A stretch of 64,000 bases of DNA from a virus (lineage: Duplodnaviria > Caudoviricetes). The DNA lies in the IMG/VR virus record IMGVR_UViG_3300044719_000048, positions 32,001-96,000 of that record; one strand, given 5' to 3'. A model generated the notes under the pieces. It worked only from the letters and a program-made list of their open reading frames with translations. It searched no databases and was not told the DNA's origin. Of the stretch, positions 46,604-55,355 are shown piece by piece (the stretch's first letter is position 1; each line of letters starts with the position of its first letter). Position numbers and translations under genes: made by a program.

Positions 46604-48249
46604 GAGATCATACCTAGGTTGAGGATATTCAGTGCAGAGTCGCCACTGTCGAAGCCAAACGAACCCATGCCGATCTGCGCTATAGCGGCCTTAGACTTCT
46701 CCTCTGCCGTCTTCTCCTCAGCCTGCTTTTCGGGACTGTCGTACGAACGACCGGGTAAGAACCTAGGCATGTCGCCAATCACTTGAGTGGATACCGGCGT
46801 TGCAGCGCTCGACTTGTTCAGCATTTCCTGCGGATTTGCCACCGTAGTAGGGGCAGGGACGGTAGATACCTCCGTTGCCTGCTGAACGGCCGTTGCTGCC
46901 TGACTTGAAGAGATCTCACCTACCGCAGTAGAGGCCGAGGCCTGCGGGGCTTGAGCAGGAGTCACCAACGTCTTTGCCTGCTCGATGTCAGAGCCTGCGG
47001 TCTTCACTTGCTGCGCACGTGAGCCATACATGGTGACGCGGCTCTGCCAGTAATTGACGCTCAGCTGCGCTTCGTCAACGGCCTTCTTATTGGCAGCAGT
47101 TGGGTTAGCAGTGTAACGCGCTGTTGCTTCGGACAGACGCTGTTGCGCTTGCGCCAGACCAGACTGCTGAGTGGGCAGCGCCTTCTTAGCCTCTTCCGCA
47201 CTGATCTCTTTCGGCAGCTCCGTCGTTTTGGCGACAGGTTTGACCTCAGCCCTCGTCTCCGACTTCTTTTTCTCCTTGGTGCCGAACCCAAGCAACGACT
47301 TGACCTTATCGATGATCCAGTCAAGGGAATCGGTGCCTAGCTTCTTCGTTTCCTCCCAAGTAGAGTCCACAAACTTGGAGATGTTGTCGAAGTTGAGGAG
47401 CCTCGATACCTCGTCGGTTATGGACTGAATGAGCTGAGGATTCATGACAGCCATCAACAAGGGCCTGCTAATCATGTCGAAGAGGTCGGACGCCTTAGAT
47501 GCTCCCGACTTCGCTTTGGACCATGCTCTGCCGAAAGGCGAGAACACGGCTTTGAGCTTGCGTAGCCAAATGTTGGCTCTACGTTCCTCGTCGTTCTCTT
47601 CGTTTGACCGTGAGAACCTCTCGTACAGAGAGGACACGCGATCACGAATAGCACCTGCCGTGTCGCGTATCATCTGCATCACTTCGGTACGCTGCTGATC
47701 AGCGCGCTCCTGTCGATCGAGTACGCGATCCATGAGCGCTCGATTCTGCGGAGTCTCCGGCGCACCCTGCTCAGGCTCAGAGCGGTCGAGAAGACGGTCC
47801 AGAGGATTGCGCTCGCCGGCAGGGACCTGCTGCGGTACTGGCATCGCGCGTATGCGTTCGAGTGCAGACTCCACTCTGGTTCGTATCGTCTGCTCCTGCT
47901 GCTCGAATTCGTCGTGCACCTGCCCGAGTATGTCCTCGATGGCCTGACTCATCACGTCTTGGAACGCACGGTTGAACAAGCGTTCTTGCGCGCGGTCTGT
48001 CAGGGCTTTCTTGCCAGATTCGATGCGCTTGCGCTCAAGGCTGTCTACTACTTGATTGGCGGTCTTCACCGCGTCTTCAACACCTTGATCGAAAATCTGC
48101 CCCGCTAGTTCGTGTTGCTCAGCCAGCAGTTTGGATATGGCGTCCAAGTCTTCTTTTGAGCCCTTGCCTGCCAGTATCCTATCGATGTGGGCATGCCCTG
48201 CGTCTTGCAGGGAGTCCCACTTCGATTGATTTCGTGCATTGAGTGTCAT
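46600..48249 (-). CDS. Tape measure-like protein
   Basis: Helical, Ala/Gln-rich; lies between the chaperone genes and the tail lysin. Confidence 0.6.
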   Translation of the reverse strand: MTLNARNQSKWDSLQDAGHAHIDRILAGKGSKEDLDAISKLLAEQHELAGQIFDQGVEDAVKTANQVVDSLERKRIESGKKALTDRAQERLFNRAFQDVMSQAIEDILGQVHDEFEQQEQTIRTRVESALERIRAMPVPQQVPAGERNPLDRLLDRSEPEQGAPETPQNRALMDRVLDRQERADQQRTEVMQMIRDTAGAIRDRVSSLYERFSRSNEENDEERRANIWLRKLKAVFSPFGRAWSKAKSGASKASDLFDMISRPLLMAVMNPQLIQSITDEVSRLLNFDNISKFVDSTWEETKKLGTDSLDWIIDKVKSLLGFGTKEKKKSETRAEVKPVAKTTELPKEISAEEAKKALPTQQSGLAQAQQRLSEATARYTANPTAANKKAVDEAQLSVNYWQSRVTMYGSRAQQVKTAGSDIEQAKTLVTPAQAPQASASTAVGEISSSQAATAVQQATEVSTVPAPTTVANPQEMLNKSSAATPVSTQVIGDMPRFLPGRSYDSPEKQAEEKTAEEKSKAAIAQIGMGSFGFDSGDSALNILNLGMIS

Positions 48250-48252
48250 GCT

Positions 48253-48417
48253 TTACCCCACGAAGATCTTGCCGGCCTCTGCTGCCTTAAAGCGCTCATT
48301 CCTTCGGTTCTCAGCCAAGGAGGCCATGAACTGAATCTCATAGAGTGGCGTGGAATCCGGCAAGTGGATATGATATTCAGCAGCAATCAGTCCGTGCATC
48401 TCCAGATAGGACTTCAT
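48253..48417 (-). CDS. Small gp51-like chaperone ORF (own ATG, or the C-terminal part of a -1 frameshift product)
   Basis: ATGA overlap with the upstream stop; in the -1 frame after TTTTTTC. Confidence 0.6.
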   Translation of the reverse strand: MKSYLEMHGLIAAEYHIHLPDSTPLYEIQFMASLAENRRNERFKAAEAGKIFVG

Positions 48418-49448
48418 GCTGCCAATGGGAAAAAACTGTGGGCCTCGATCTCCAGTTCGTCGGTGTGAATGTGTCCGCACGTCTTGCAGGTCCACTTGAG
48501 GGACTCGACCACGCCGTAGTCGGAAATCGCTTTCTCATAACGGGCGATGGTAGCAATGTCGTCGCCGCTCATGTCGTCCACCAGCTGCATGCGCTCTTGC
48601 AGGGATGCATTCCGGTCAACGAGCTGAATCGAGGCTGCGGTGCGCGCAGTGAAACGGTCGATGTTTTCGTTCATGGTGATCTCCAGAACGTCTTTCATCA
48701 GAATCGGCACGAGCTTGATTCCCTGATAATCCAACGCGAATTCCTCCGGGTTCGGAAGCACCTTCAGCTGCTTGGTCTTCAGCGTGGCGCTGGTGATGAG
48801 CGTTGCGTACTTCAGCGTGTCGGGTTCAACCTTCACCAGCTTGCCATCGACTGGACGACCGTTGTTCACCCAGTCATGGTGAACCTTGGAGCGGCACATC
48901 GTCTGATGCGTGAAGCCATGCTTGAGGAACGAATGCATACGCAGCCAATACAGACAGGCGTAGTAATCGGGAAGCGTGAGCTCGAAGGCTAGGCCCGTAG
49001 GATACGCCGCGTTGGAGATGACCGAGGACACGACCTCGATCATGTGCAGCATGGACTGCTCCTCGCGAGCACGGTGCAGCTTGGCGAAGTGCCGTCCCTT
49101 GAACGGTCGAATGTACAGGTCCTTGAACTGGTCGTAGACCAGAAAGTTGGAAGGCAGAGCGAACGATACGGCCTCGGCTTCCGAGTTGGGCGTCACATGC
49201 ACATACGGCTGCGGTTCAGGAATGGGTGCTGCCATTGGTTGCGGCATCTGCGGACGACCTTGCGGAGCCACTGTACCTTGAGTGGTGAGCGAGATGCCGG
49301 CTGCTGCAACCTTGGGCTGACTAGCCGCCTGCTGGGCCTTCACATGAGGGTGATGCGGATTGTGAACCGTGCCGGGCTTGACGCGGTTTTCCATTTGCTG
49401 CCGTTTTTCTGCCGGGAAGGGTACGAATTGTTCTGAGGAGTTTTCCAT
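48414..49448 (-). CDS. Baseplate hub/tail assembly chaperone (T4 gp26-like)
   Basis: LPSN..IRPF; C-terminal CKTCGH..SFF; upstream of the tape measure-like gene. Confidence 0.7.
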   Translation of the reverse strand: MENSSEQFVPFPAEKRQQMENRVKPGTVHNPHHPHVKAQQAASQPKVAAAGISLTTQGTVAPQGRPQMPQPMAAPIPEPQPYVHVTPNSEAEAVSFALPSNFLVYDQFKDLYIRPFKGRHFAKLHRAREEQSMLHMIEVVSSVISNAAYPTGLAFELTLPDYYACLYWLRMHSFLKHGFTHQTMCRSKVHHDWVNNGRPVDGKLVKVEPDTLKYATLITSATLKTKQLKVLPNPEEFALDYQGIKLVPILMKDVLEITMNENIDRFTARTAASIQLVDRNASLQERMQLVDDMSGDDIATIARYEKAISDYGVVESLKWTCKTCGHIHTDELEIEAHSFFPLAA

Positions 49449-49458
49449 TTATGGCCTC

Positions 49459-50442
49459 TTAGAATAGTTGTTTGATTGCGGACCTAGCCGTGTTCCTGAC
49501 GAGGTCACGTGCGCTGCCTTTGAGTGCGGAGAGAAGTGCTTGTCCTGAAAGATTGCTATTCACCTTGAAGGCTGTCATGAAGACATCGCCTGCGCTGAAG
49601 TTCACGCTGTAGGTCAGCCTCGTCGAGCTTTGACTATCCAGCTGTATCTGATCGAGGTTGGTGGGCCAGCACTCGATGTACTCCAACATCAGAATCACTG
49701 CCTTGGACTGGTCAACGAGATAGATGCGGATGGGCTTCCAGTAATCGGAAGGACGCCCAAAGCCTCCACCCACCGTAACCGCACCAGACCCGAAGGGCGC
49801 CAGAATTGCGCCGTCCCAGGACATCAGGTAGTTCAATGACTTGTTCTCAACGTCTGCGTAGAAGTTCAGACGCAGGTTGTCTACGTTGTATGTACCGGCA
49901 ACCTTTCGGTTACGGCCAGAGCCATAGATCTGACGTACCTCATAGGTACGGAATGACGGAGCGGCTTCTTCGACATAGCTCCAGTCGAGGTTCGCAGGCG
50001 CACCGTCAATAGGCGTGACAGTAGGGAGCTCGCAGTACCACTGGAAACTCATCATGGGGTCGGCGCGACCTAATGCACCCTGCAAGGTATTTACGATGCC
50101 ATTACTAGAGCCGAAGACACCGCCACTAGAGGACAGCCCGAATGCCGCACCGAACTGGCCGAGTACGTCCTGCGGCCCTTTGGCAAGAGTCGTTAAGGCA
50201 CCGCTGAAATCTCCAGTGGCTGCTTGGGCTGCTGCCGCGCGAATGTCGTTCACTCCGACGTTGAGCGCACTGGAGACAGCTCCACGGACGTCTGCGGCAC
50301 CAGCCTGCATTATCGACTTGGGTATGTGCAGGACTTCCGTTGCAGTGGCTTGGATCGCCGTTGACACCTGCCTGTTGACCTCTTTCGCCAACACGGAGCC
50401 CGCCTGCAGCTTCTTTCCTAATATATCATTGAGAGATGGCAT
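49459..50442 (-). CDS. Tail-tube-fold baseplate junction protein (gp48/gp54-like)
   Basis: C-terminal tube-like IECWPTNL..YSVNFS. Confidence 0.65.
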   Translation of the reverse strand: MPSLNDILGKKLQAGSVLAKEVNRQVSTAIQATATEVLHIPKSIMQAGAADVRGAVSSALNVGVNDIRAAAAQAATGDFSGALTTLAKGPQDVLGQFGAAFGLSSSGGVFGSSNGIVNTLQGALGRADPMMSFQWYCELPTVTPIDGAPANLDWSYVEEAAPSFRTYEVRQIYGSGRNRKVAGTYNVDNLRLNFYADVENKSLNYLMSWDGAILAPFGSGAVTVGGGFGRPSDYWKPIRIYLVDQSKAVILMLEYIECWPTNLDQIQLDSQSSTRLTYSVNFSAGDVFMTAFKVNSNLSGQALLSALKGSARDLVRNTARSAIKQLF

Positions 50443-50455
50443 GATGGGTCCTCAA

Positions 50456-50627
50456 AGGGAACCCACGAGAATAGCTGGAGAGGGATCCTCATGAGCCAGC
50501 TACGCTCATGGGTTAAAAAAGAGAGAACGGCTATTCGTGGCCTACAGCCTAGCCGTTCTCTAAACGCGGAGACTGCACCCTTCCGCGAGTCGGCTGCAAG
50601 CAACCCAGCTCCGCGTGTAGGCACAAC
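50456..50627 (-). ncRNA. Candidate structured RNA / regulatory leader
   Basis: Three stem domains, a U-tract and a potential pseudoknot directly after the AATTTCAT promoter. Confidence 0.6.
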
Positions 50628-50636
50628 ATGAAATTG

Positions 50637-51080
50637 TCATCCCCAGAGCCATACGATGTTGGCTGGAGGTCCTCCCGGATACCAGGCCGGCATAGGTCGG
50701 TTGAGATCCAGAGTAGGGCTGATGTTGCGCCCTTGTGGTGCCAGATAGAAGCCTGAATGCTCGTCGGTGTTCAGGTTGGGGCTCTTCAATCGAACCTGCA
50801 GATCGCGCGTCACCACTTCTCTTGCGTGGTCAGGCGCAACCAGCAAGTCTGGACCAGTCTGATACAGCACCCACAGAGTGGCCAGCTCCTTGCTAGGAGC
50901 CCGATTGACGCCCAGAGTTTGAAGTGCGCTCTCCAGCTTGGGCTCATTACCTTCGTAGTAGACACTGAGCTCTCGTGTGGATGGCTGATTCTGAATGGCG
51001 ATGACATCACGAATGATCTGACCTTCGACTTGGGACGTGAAGTGATCCCACATCAGACCTATGACATAGGGAGCTCTCAT
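50637..51080 (-). CDS. Hypothetical protein
   Basis: Last gene of the portal unit. Confidence 0.65.
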   Translation of the reverse strand: MRAPYVIGLMWDHFTSQVEGQIIRDVIAIQNQPSTRELSVYYEGNEPKLESALQTLGVNRAPSKELATLWVLYQTGPDLLVAPDHAREVVTRDLQVRLKSPNLNTDEHSGFYLAPQGRNISPTLDLNRPMPAWYPGGPPANIVWLWG

Positions 51081-51081
51081 A

Positions 51082-51333
51082 CTATTTCCCCTTCGCTATG
51101 CCCTTGGCGATCTTCTTTGCCAACGGCAGGTCCAACGTCATGACCCTCGTTGGGTCGCCTTGGAAGATCATGCGGATCTGCTTCCCGTTCGACGACTTGC
51201 GGACACCGAAGCGCTGACCCTTCTCCAGAGTGCGAGTGATGCCCCGGAAAGGAATTTCCAGAGGCGGCCCTCCGTACTTGAAGAAATCATATTCCTCTTC
51301 GCCCTTAACGCGGGCTACCAAGCATGAGTACAT
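51082..51333 (-). CDS. Hypothetical protein
   Basis: Follows the portal gene. Confidence 0.65.
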   Translation of the reverse strand: MYSCLVARVKGEEEYDFFKYGGPPLEIPFRGITRTLEKGQRFGVRKSSNGKQIRMIFQGDPTRVMTLDLPLAKKIAKGIAKGK

Positions 51334-51334
51334 A

Positions 51335-53182
51335 TCAGGGCTCCAGTCGTGATTGTCCGAACTTCAGTTGATTGGTCTTGGCGAGTTGCAAGCGGTAGTG
51401 GGCGTCGGTCTGAGCACGCGCGCTGATTTTCGCGATCTGTGCGTTCTGATCACGCGTCTTCAATCGCGAATTGTAGACGTATTGCTTCTTGCCGGTCTTG
51501 CCGATGGTGTAGTCTTGAGGATCGCCCCAGTCGCGTCCCAAGATGGACCGCTTGCCCGTCACGCCCTTGCGCATAGACTGAGCGGTGGGCACACGTTGAA
51601 CGCCCTTGACCTTTGCGTACTCCTCGTTGCCGACCTCTTCCTCACCTTCGTGCGACGTATCCTTGCCGGTGTATTTCGCCAGCAGGCTGCGCAGTTCCTT
51701 GTCTTCTTTGAGGTCTTTCAGCAGCGTGTCCTTGTCGAGACCGGCCGCCGCCATCCACTGCTTCAGCGGAATGGGCACACCCTTCTCGGAGACCTGCTCC
51801 AGCATGTCGAACGTCGACTCCTCGCCCTTGGCTTCTAGCGACTTGTGCCACATCAACTTGGGAATCAGCAGGTTGGCTTTGTTGTTCGAGTGCATCAGGA
51901 ACTTGGAGATCTGGCCGTTCCGCAGCTTGGCTTCGGCAGGGGTACCCGGCTTGTACAGCCCGTTGGCCACTGCGATCAAGGGGAACAGCGTCGAATAGAA
52001 GATCGCGTTCGTCATGTGGTTACGATACACGTTCTGCGATTCGAGGAACAGCGAATACGCCGACTCCATTGCAGCATACGAAGTCTCACCTGACAGAAAG
52101 GACTCGGAGACGCCTAGTGCCCGCAGCTTGTAGGGGATCATCTGATCGCCCATGTCGGTCCACTTCCAGAAGTCACCACCGGGGCGAATGTCGGTCAGTT
52201 GAACAGCGTTGCGTGTCGAGACCCATCCACCGAGAGGATCGAACTCAGCTTGCTGGAACTGCGAGACCAGCGCTTCGAGCTCTTCACCCGTAGGCGTCCA
52301 CACATCGTCGCCTGCCGTGATGTGCGTTGTCGCCCGCTGCCGACGTGAGGCCTCGACCAACGTGCCTCGGAACATCGTCTTCTCGATCAGGTACATCGGA
52401 AGCAAGCGATGCAAATACGACACGTAAGCCCTGTCAGTCAGCGTCTTCCGAGCCACGAACAGCGTAGAGATCGGACTCAGCGTGTACTGGCCTTGGTTCA
52501 TCAGCTGTACGAACTCGGGAGGCAGCGAATGCACGTACTCGCGAGCATACGGCGAATCCGAGCCCAGCAGATTGACTGTCTGGCTCGAAGTCTGCACGTT
52601 GATCTGCGGCATCATGTTGAAGAACGAACCGGGGATGATCGAGCACTGGAGCGCATCGTGCACCAGAGTGTCCACGAACCGCTTGGTTCTCGGATCGAAG
52701 ATCAGCGACCCCGCGAAGAACCCGTCAGCCAGATAGGCCGTCGAGATGTGCGGAAGCATACGCTGGATGTTCAGCTGCTCGATGGCGTCATTGTAGATCT
52801 GAATCGACTTCTCGTCGGCGCCGCGCAGATCGAAGTCTGAGAATGGAAACGTCGACTGCAGGTCAACCACCGTACCGCCAACGTTGTCATTCAGGTAGAT
52901 GTCCCGGTAGAACAGAGCCAGCTGCGCAGATTGGCTGTACATCGGCTCTGCTGGAATCAGGCCGGTGAAGAAGTACTGGTATTGGCTATTCCAGAACGAG
53001 TTCATCGACACGGAGTTGCCTCCGCCAGAAACACCCAGATTGCCACCTAGTGCAGCGGTGACCTTCGTTGAGGCTTCGCTGTAAGAACGCTTTGAAGCGT
53101 ACGCCGAGACGGCAGCAGGTGCCCCCATCTCGGTCTTGATGCGCCCGTTGTTGACGCCCGTAATACGGTTTTTCGGGAACAT
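51335..53182 (-). CDS. Portal protein (putative)
   Basis: 615 aa; FYRDIY..VDLQSTFPFSD; ALGVSESFLSGETSYA; near the terminase. Confidence 0.75.
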   Translation of the reverse strand: MFPKNRITGVNNGRIKTEMGAPAAVSAYASKRSYSEASTKVTAALGGNLGVSGGGNSVSMNSFWNSQYQYFFTGLIPAEPMYSQSAQLALFYRDIYLNDNVGGTVVDLQSTFPFSDFDLRGADEKSIQIYNDAIEQLNIQRMLPHISTAYLADGFFAGSLIFDPRTKRFVDTLVHDALQCSIIPGSFFNMMPQINVQTSSQTVNLLGSDSPYAREYVHSLPPEFVQLMNQGQYTLSPISTLFVARKTLTDRAYVSYLHRLLPMYLIEKTMFRGTLVEASRRQRATTHITAGDDVWTPTGEELEALVSQFQQAEFDPLGGWVSTRNAVQLTDIRPGGDFWKWTDMGDQMIPYKLRALGVSESFLSGETSYAAMESAYSLFLESQNVYRNHMTNAIFYSTLFPLIAVANGLYKPGTPAEAKLRNGQISKFLMHSNNKANLLIPKLMWHKSLEAKGEESTFDMLEQVSEKGVPIPLKQWMAAAGLDKDTLLKDLKEDKELRSLLAKYTGKDTSHEGEEEVGNEEYAKVKGVQRVPTAQSMRKGVTGKRSILGRDWGDPQDYTIGKTGKKQYVYNSRLKTRDQNAQIAKISARAQTDAHYRLQLAKTNQLKFGQSRLEP

Positions 53183-53189
53183 TTGATCC

Positions 53190-53528
53190 TCAGTAGTAGA
53201 GATCGACTTCCAGCGTGTCGTGGTTCAGGATCAGGTCGAGGATATACTCACCCGACTGATAGTGGCCGTCCGACTCCACAGCCTTGGTGTCCATCTTGTG
53301 AATGGGCAGCTTCCGGAACTTGAAGCCTATACGCTCGAACTCGCGCTGCACGTCCTCCAGCATAGGAGGCGGAGCCTTCTTGCGGTACTCACGCGGGTTG
53401 GGGCCGTTTGACGACAGCTTCCGCTGGATGTTGAATTTGTTGGTGACGTTCTCGACTTCTTTGACCAGATCGTTCAACGAGGCCCTGAAGGCTTTGAGTC
53501 GAGCTGCTGCGCTAATAGTGATAGTCAT
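53190..53528 (-). CDS. Hypothetical protein with the shared N-terminal leader
   Basis: AAGGAGG RBS; AATTTCAT promoter; starts MTITISAAARLKA. Confidence 0.75.
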   Translation of the reverse strand: MTITISAAARLKAFRASLNDLVKEVENVTNKFNIQRKLSSNGPNPREYRKKAPPPMLEDVQREFERIGFKFRKLPIHKMDTKAVESDGHYQSGEYILDLILNHDTLEVDLYY

Positions 53529-53556
53529 TGTGTCCTCCTTGCAATGAAATTTGGAG

Positions 53557-54150
53557 CTACACGTATAGAGCGTAGTTCTCGGCGTCCTCTATCGACCTGC
53601 CGCCGACCACTGGAATGTCGTTTGGTCCCCAGGTGAAGGGTACCGTGCTTCCCGTGTCCACGTCCAGCATCTTGATCTTGTACCCGAACTTCTCCAACGA
53701 CTTGAAGGCTTTCAGTGCACCAACAGCCATCGTAGTGTCGCTCTCAAGATGCTTGAAGACGTGCACGGCCCCCAAGTGAAGAACGGTTGCCAGTTTCTTG
53801 CCTCGATAGCTCTTGTCCACATACAGGTTGTACATGCGCCACCTGGCGGAATACGGCGACTTCTCCAGCTTACCGTAGGCCACGACCTTTGTACCATCAT
53901 CGAGCGTCACCACTCGATCCATCGTGTCGGCTATGAGCTTCATGTTCAAGCCGTCCTTGGAACCCAGCTCTTCCTTTATCAGACCTGGATTGTTGATCGC
54001 GTACTTGAAGATCGTGCGAGTGAATTTCTTGCACTGCTGCCGACCAAAGCTATCAGACAATGGTTGGCCGCCTATCTTGGAAATGACTTCCGAGGAGGCT
54101 TGAACCTGCCGCCTTAGTCTGGAGCGTTTGACGAACGAAAGCAAACTCAT
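53557..54150 (-). CDS. GNAT-fold acetyltransferase-like protein
   Basis: Acetyl-CoA-binding motif A: LYVDKSYRGKKLAT. Confidence 0.7.
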   Translation of the reverse strand: MSLLSFVKRSRLRRQVQASSEVISKIGGQPLSDSFGRQQCKKFTRTIFKYAINNPGLIKEELGSKDGLNMKLIADTMDRVVTLDDGTKVVAYGKLEKSPYSARWRMYNLYVDKSYRGKKLATVLHLGAVHVFKHLESDTTMAVGALKAFKSLEKFGYKIKMLDVDTGSTVPFTWGPNDIPVVGGRSIEDAENYALYV

Positions 54151-54695
54151 AGCAGTCCTTTCATAGCTGCATCGACGGCAGCGAAAATGGAGTTGCGAGA
54201 CCTCGGCTTGGGCACCGACTGAACGGCATCAAGCATCTTGTTGATCACGTACTGACGACCTGCGGTCTTGGACTTGCGCTGATGCAGCGTCTGATCGGCA
54301 GAGCGGTATCCCATACGTACAGCTATGGATAGCCGGGTCTTGCCGTGCATGGATTCGTACTTGGCACGCTTGGCTACATAGATTGAATCCTGCCCAACTA
54401 CGTAGACACCAATGCCGGGCAGCACCTGATCCTTGATCTTGTCGTAGACCTCTTTGGTGCAAGCCAAGTACATCTTGTCGCAGTACTTGCGGTATTGGCC
54501 CATCTTCTTATCGGATCGAAAATCAGCAACTGAGGATTTGACCTCTACGATGTCGATGCCGCCTCCCATGTTTAGGGCCACTATGTCGGCACGAAGGCGT
54601 CCACCCTTTAATAGGCCGAGTTCAAAGTGCGTGGCCCATCGCTTGTGGTTATACCGCGCGGCCACTACCTGTCTGATGTGATTGGCGTCTATCAT
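54147..54695 (-). CDS. MmcB-like PD-(D/E)XK nuclease
   Basis: RADIVAL..IVEVKSSVADFRSDKK..YRKYCDKMY. Confidence 0.85.
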   Translation of the reverse strand: MIDANHIRQVVAARYNHKRWATHFELGLLKGGRLRADIVALNMGGGIDIVEVKSSVADFRSDKKMGQYRKYCDKMYLACTKEVYDKIKDQVLPGIGVYVVGQDSIYVAKRAKYESMHGKTRLSIAVRMGYRSADQTLHQRKSKTAGRQYVINKMLDAVQSVPKPRSRNSIFAAVDAAMKGLL

Positions 54696-55321
54696 TTTTG
54701 TAAGTAGCTGACGATTCCGTCTTGGATTGTGCGGTAGTGCGCGGTCATGCGGTTCGCTAGACGGGCTCGGGACTCGCGCAGAAGAGGAGCGAACTTCTCG
54801 TACTCCTCGGAGGTCATGTTGGCCTTGGCATCAGCTGCAATGTTGGAGAACTCAAGAACAGTGTCTTGAGCAAGGTCGCCGAACGCCGGCTGCACGATAG
54901 AGCGCACTAGCATCTCGCCCATCATGCCACGGTCTTGGGCAGACTGTACGTCAACCATGAGCTCGCGCAGCGAACTGATAAGCATGTTGAAACCGTGGAC
55001 GCCGCGCACCCCCTTGGAGTTGCGAATCCCCATTTCGGCTAATGGAAGCACGTCCACCACCGACTGAAGAAGCCGCTTGTAGATCAATGCGATTGCAGGG
55101 TCCGTGTCGTCCTGCTCCAGCAGTCGCAGAATCTTTTCGGTGCCTTTGCCGAATTGAGTGCGCAAGGCCTTGCCTTTGAGCTTGGAGAGCTTGGGTTCGT
55201 CCTCGTCGTCAGCAGGAACCAATGCGTTCTTTTTCTTCTTTTTCACCGGCTCTGCGGACACGTCGTACTCCGTCTTTTTCTTTTTCTTCTCGGGTGCGGG
55301 AAGGGATTTCATTTTAGCCAT
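54692..55321 (-). CDS. Hypothetical helical protein with a Lys-rich N-terminus (terminase small subunit candidate)
   Basis: Context only. Confidence 0.5.
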   Translation of the reverse strand: MAKMKSLPAPEKKKKKTEYDVSAEPVKKKKKNALVPADDEDEPKLSKLKGKALRTQFGKGTEKILRLLEQDDTDPAIALIYKRLLQSVVDVLPLAEMGIRNSKGVRGVHGFNMLISSLRELMVDVQSAQDRGMMGEMLVRSIVQPAFGDLAQDTVLEFSNIAADAKANMTSEEYEKFAPLLRESRARLANRMTAHYRTIQDGIVSYLQK

Positions 55322-55355
55322 AGGTGAGGAGAGGGCGCAAAGAGCGCCCTACGAG

